Source: the human T2T-CHM13v2.0 reference genome, Homo sapiens. Taken from it: DNA of 64,000 nucleotides. The notes beneath the pieces were generated by a model. It did not search any database and was not told the origin of the DNA. It saw only the letters and a program-made list of their open reading frames with translations. The stretch lies in the NCBI RefSeq assembly GCF_009914755.1, contig NC_060938.1. One strand, 5' to 3'. A program made the translations under genes and the position numbers. Below, piece by piece: positions 58,476-64,000 of this stretch (its first letter is position 1; the number at the start of each line of letters is the position of its first letter).

Positions 58476-59529
58476 TCACCACCACTGTTAACCCCCATTC
58501 TCTCCCTCTACCTCTCCAACCCTACGTTCACCCACAGCACTGGTGTTATACGCCCCCTTAGTGAAGAAGAGAAGACAGGAGCTGGCTCAGAGCATTTATC
58601 TGCCCAGCTGCTGTGAGCCCTGAGCTGACCACCAAGGATGCTAAGGGGTTCAAGGAGGACTGCACCTCCCTCTGTCCTTGCCTTCTCATCCTTTTTTCTC
58701 CTGACACACCATTGTTTTCGCAAAAGAAAGAAGTAGTTGGAGTCTGGGAAAGAAATCCCCAGGGCCCTGTTTCAGATGATTGTCCCATTTCTAAACTTGA
58801 GTTAATAAGAGTAAACAAAGTAGTAGGTAGATTTGCACAGGAGAATATTATTATTCTCATGATTATGTAAATATTTATCTGTTCTGGCTTTCTTATTTTG
58901 TTGCTGGTGTCTAATTTCCAAGTCTTGTAATGAAGTGTAATTTGGAGAAGATTTGCAAAGACAGGCACGTAGTGAAATAATTTGATTTGTTCAGTAAACT
59001 TGGTTTCAGTTATTCCTTTCCATGAGTTGTTTTAGAACCCCTTCAATTTCTTTGTGATTTGACAACAGCTTTCAGCCCAATGAAGATATGACTCTTAGGC
59101 ATTGCCAGGAATTCAGAATTGGTTTATAATATTGTCGCTTAATAAGAAAATGCGTTCATTGGCAGGATATAAAATTTATGGGCTTCAAATGGATTTCTGT
59201 TTGTAGTTTTAGCCCTCTGTGCTCCTGCCATTCTCGAGGCTATGAGTAAGGTTTTTTAATTAAGTCAAATTGAATTGAATGAGCTTTTATTGAACGCCCA
59301 CTCTGTGCCAGACACCAGCTCCTTAACCCTTGCACTGCCCTGTAGGTGGCTATGGGGAGCTGAGCCAGAGGAGGTTTTGCCCCATGCTCACGATCATTCA
59401 GCTGGCAAACCTGGGAGGTGGGATTTGAAGTTAGGTTTGATTCTCTGGCTTTTTCATCCAAAGCTGATTATAGGCAGACTTGATTAAGGAGAAGAGAGAG
59501 GTTGAGTGGCTTTCATGTTATTTCATTGA

Positions 59530-59705
59530 ATCTTGTTTAGTCTTCTCAGCCACCCTGTGAGGTTCATTACATTTTCCCTATTGTATATCTGAGGAAAGTA
59601 AGGCTCAGAGAGGTACAGTGATATGCTCAGGGTCACACAGCTGGTAAGAGGCAGAGCTGGGATTTGAACTCAGAACTGCCTGGCTGCAAGGCCAGAGTTC
59701 CTTCT
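59530..59705 (-). mobile_element. MIR
   Basis: ctgaggaaagtaaggctcagagagg...ggtcacacagctggtaagaggcagagctgggatttgaactcag. Confidence 0.8.
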
Positions 59706-62700
59706 AGAACCCCTCTAGGGGTCTGCACTTCCTTTAGCACATGGCCAATTGACCACCTGCCCACAAAAAATGGCCTGGCCCTGGTGGCTAGGGCACCCTC
59801 CTGCAGATGGAGGCAAGGAGCAGTAGGGAGTGGGGCTGGGCATCAGTTGCCCAGGTACTTCCTAGCTCTATGCCCTGGGCAAGTGAAGTCCTCCTTTCTG
59901 ACCCTCCCTGCACCCACTGGTGACTGGTGGCAGAATACCCTCCTGGGTTATTGTTAGGATCACAGACAACATGTGTGAGGCACCTGGCACTTGGTGGGCA
60001 CTCAGGAAGTGAAGGACCCTGCCCTTTGGCATCTGTTGCTTGTCAGAATGCGTGGTGGATGGCTCTGGCCTCGGTGACGAAGCTGCTGTTGCTTCAGCCC
60101 CCGGACTCCTGTGCATCACAGAGCTGATTCAGTGCAGACAGGTGACTCATCTGATGGCATTTTGTGTGGCGTTGTGCAGTTCAGCCTGGTACAGCACGGC
60201 CCGCCCACAGCAGGTATTCAAGAGCCGTTAGTGTTTATGAAGGTGATAAAATTGCCTAGATGGAGGGAAGCCGTCAAAATAAGAGCCTTTGCCTGTCTTG
60301 TGAAAGTTAACTTGCAAACCTAATGCCTGTGGGGCTGCTGAAAAAGCGTCACCTGGATTTCTCCTTGGAGACAGAACTCTCTGGAAGGACAGCTGGGCAG
60401 CCCCTGCTTGCCATGTGGGGGTGGACGCTTTTTATGTGACAGTGAGTTGGAGAAACTAACAGTGGTCTTCAAGGCATTGTGCTCAGCTTAACTCTTTGAA
60501 TTGCCATAGCTTTAAAATGAATACTAGAAACAGTTATATATTTTTCACACTCTCCATATTTTCTCCATTCAATATAATAAATGTTATCTTGAATGTTTGA
60601 GGGTTTTATAGCAAAAATTCCTCCCATTTGTAAAGCATGCTGCAGTGGATGGGAGTGAACTAGCTGGCAGCGCTCTCGTGTGACGTGGCAGAGGCTGAGG
60701 GAGTTGCCCAAACCCCACTTCCAGTTGGAGGAAGCCTGGGCCCTGACTTCCAGTGCATGTTCAGGTCCACTTGTCAAGGAAAGGATCCATTGTTAAGAAA
60801 CAAACATGGGAAACTGTCATGTGAGCGTCCCTAAAAGCAGCATAGTCATTTTCGAGTCACTCTCTGATAAAGATAGAACACTTCATTTAGGCACATTTCA
60901 GGATTTCAGAACATTTGGAGTAGTCCTGGGGTGGAAAGCAGCGTTTTCCTTTTTCAATTTCAACCTGACTCCATTCCTCTCTTTATGTGTGTCAGTCATA
61001 GCAGGGGAGTGTTTTCCTCTTGGATGCGTTTGCACCTGGCAAATGAATGTGCAGGAATTCTTTGATTGCAAAATAGCTACTCTCAAAATGCAGACAGGCA
61101 GCCACAGTCAGGGAGCCCTTCGGCCACGGCAGCGGGGTGGCGCCAGACACCTGGCTTTGAGTCCCGTGGAGGCATGCCACTTAGTCTGTTCTGAGCGGCT
61201 GTTTACAGGCGGATAGAAAGGGCTGTAGGATGGGACCCTCAAGGTTTTGGGGCATGGGAGGGGCTGGCCGTCATGATTCAGCATGCTAGCTCTCTGGAGG
61301 CTGTGCTGAGCACTGAGGGACACTGGGAGAAAAACACAGGCTCCTGCTTTGTCCATGTGGAAGGAGCCCAGGCTGCCCTGGCTGCTATACGCATCCTTCC
61401 AGGCAACCTTCACCTTCTGGTCTATTTAGTCTCATTCCCTGTTTTTATTCCCTTCTTTTATTTAGGGAGAGCCAGAGCAGCAATTCTCAGGTCAGGATTA
61501 TTTGGGAGATCCATATTACTTCTGATTATTTACGAAGGGACAGGCCGGGGGAGGTAACCACCTCGATAAATTCGTCAGCGAGGCAGCTGGAGGGATGTGT
61601 GACAAACATACCAGGCTGTCATTTGGCCAGAGATTGTCTGCACTGGGATTGTTCCCCCAGGATAGTCCTGATGACAAATGTAATTGACATTTTTTATTAA
61701 CCCTGAAATGATTAAAGATGCTGCTGCTGAATTTGTGTCAAAGTACCCGGTCCCTGGCATTTTGAGAAAGGGATTCTCTGTGGAGCCAATAAACAGCCTG
61801 TGTTTTCTTCCTGTTCATCACTTTAATCAACTAAGACATACAGAGCCCTGTCTGGTTTGGTCTTGAAACTGGGCCAGGGAGATAAGACTCTGCTTCCTGG
61901 CTTAGGTTTCCAGAACACTCTGGTATGGACATCATGAGGGACACATAGGAGGCACTCTGTTCATTTACCACACAGTCATCAAACGTTTGCTGAGCTCCTT
62001 CTGTGTGCCAGGTCCTGTGTGTGATATTGGGCGCTGTCTCCTTGAAGGGTGGTCGCTGTAGAATGGGGGCTAGAAAGATGTTTATGGGGATGATTGTGAG
62101 AACTGAGCATTGTAGGGGAAGACTGGGCCACCCTCACTGCCTAGGGGGTGGGGTGGGGCAGGGAAGGCAGTGCAGGGGGTGGTTTGCGTCTTACAGGAAG
62201 GGAGTCTCCTCTCCAGACAGGTCTTACCTCTGGAGCTCTCCAGGCAGATGCTGGAAGTGGCAGTGCCCAGAGTGTGTGGGTCTTGGAGTGCCAGAGTGTG
62301 GGAACACAGAGGGGCAGCAGGGGAGGGTGGAAGACACACAGGAGAGCTTGGCTGGGGCCTGCAGATGGGCTGGGGGCCACATGGAGCGCAGGTGGACTTT
62401 GCTGCTTCCTAGCCTGCCTGCTGAGTTACTGAAGCTCTTGGTCTTGGTTTCCTTATCTGTGAAATGGGACAATCCTACTTTCGCTTCTGTCATAGGGCTG
62501 CTGCAGGATGAAATGACAGTAGGAGGAAAGCCCCTGATTGGTGCTTGGCATACAGAGCCTAGTCAACAAGCATCGGTTCCTTCCTAGATGCAGTCTCAGT
62601 AGCAGTGGCCAGGTATTGAGCACCTACTGCATGCCAAGCGCTGGGCTGAAGGCCTTGCACTGACTCTCTGTTAGGTATTTTTATTCCCATTTTATAGCTG

Positions 62701-64000
62701 AGAAACTTGTTAGAGGGTAAAGCAGTTGCTCAGGGTCACACATAGAGAGAGGCAGAGAGAAGATCTGACACCAGGCTGTTGCTCCCAAGGGCTTCCTTTC
62801 AGCAGTGCAGGGGCTGGGAGGTGCCAGGAGGAGCAGGAACATGGAGAGGGCCAGCTTTGACTGTGGCCAGAGCCATGCTTGAGCTCTTCTTTTGGAGGGA
62901 TGGGCTTGGGTTGCAGAGGGTCTTACAGGGAGAGTGTGCTTATCACACTGCTCCTGGATGGACTGATGAATTGAACACTTCCTGAGCACCTGTTTTGTGG
63001 CTAGCCCTCTGCTGAGGGTGCACACATTCCCTCAGCCACAAAGCCAGTATTTAGTGAGCACCTACTGCATGCCATGTGGTCCACCAGGCCTTGGGTAGAT
63101 GGTGGTGTACCAGAGGCAGGGGTCTTCACCCTGGGGGAGCTCCCAGGCTGGCAGGGAAAGAAGGAAAGAAAAAGATCACACATCTAGCATTGTGGATAAG
63201 CAACATTTCAGCACTGAAATAGTGGGTCTATGTTATTAACATTTTATATGCTAGGCTCTCCCACACAAAACCAGATCAGAACCCTCTCTCTTGCCCCTGA
63301 ACTGCATAGGTTTCAAAGGTGATCTGTCCCCTTGTATCTCGACCTGTTGCTCAGGAACCATTCCCATCAGTTTAATTTCTTTTTCCTTTTAATCCTGTGG
63401 CTGGCAGGATGTTGCAGGGGCAGTAATTTAATAAAAGTATGCAGTTTGTAAAGCAGCTGCTATTCTGTGTACTAAGCACATTTGCCAACCTTTTCAGGGA
63501 AACCTCCAAGCTGTTCTTGGAACTTAGCGATATTGCAGGAAAAAAAACATTCTATTTAATAACATTTCATCCTTTGGGTTCTGCAGCTAATAGAAGCATA
63601 AATGGAGGCCATGTCTGAAAGCCATTTCTTTATGTGATTCAGAGAATCAGGACATAGCAATTACACAGTGTATGGGATTTATGGAAACATTCATGCCTAA
63701 CAAGAAGAAAACAGCTCAGTAAGTTATTTAATTTGAAGTCACAGGCCCGCTGACTGGTTCCCCACCCAGACCTACCGCACTGCTCGGCAGGCCCCAGGCG
63801 CTCGCACACAGGTGCCCACTGCTCCCTGTCTCTCTGAGTCCTGCCCGGCTGCAGGTGGAAACCTGGGCCTGCTCTGTGGGGTGTGTTCACACCTTAGGCC
63901 AGGGCAAGGTGGAGCTGGGTTTGAATATTGCTCTTCTGACTCCAAGCCTGTCTTTCCTCACCACTGCATATAACAGCCTCATTAGGTTTGTAATACGTGG

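Noticed and set aside
62003-62587. 194-aa ORF
   Set aside because: GC-rich sequence with a non-ATG start, ending in MIR-derived sequence, and no protein-like features.

Overview
Primate genomic DNA, very probably human. The window holds the end of intron 1, the first coding exon (exon 2, 1678-2514) and about 61.5 kb of the long intron 2 of WDR25 on the + strand; WDR25 encodes a WD40-repeat protein at 14q32.2 (identification and exon numbering from recall). The only credible protein-coding sequence is 1693-2514: 274 codons ending at a phase-0 GT donor inside the first WD40 repeat. All other ORFs in the track are Alu-derived or chance ORFs. The rest is intronic: about 20 Alu copies, many with readable TSDs, plus MIR, L2 and old L1 relics, MaLR/ERVL solo LTRs, DNA transposons (Charlie1-like, MER113-like, Tigger3, MADE1) and microsatellites. 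Main leads: (1) exon 2 is 837 nt and is flanked by inverted Alus; if back-spliced, the whole circle reads as a single ORF whose stop codon abuts its own start (TGA|ATG). (2) A 234-nt AG-free pyrimidine tract ends at a candidate in-frame poison or terminal exon. (3) A MADE1 palindrome is split at its centre by a young AluY. (4) A 27-bp dispersed direct repeat carries a tandemly duplicated E-box. I cannot demonstrate a wholly new biological system from sequence alone. Repeat subfamily names come from recalled consensus sequences and need confirming with RepeatMasker/Dfam.
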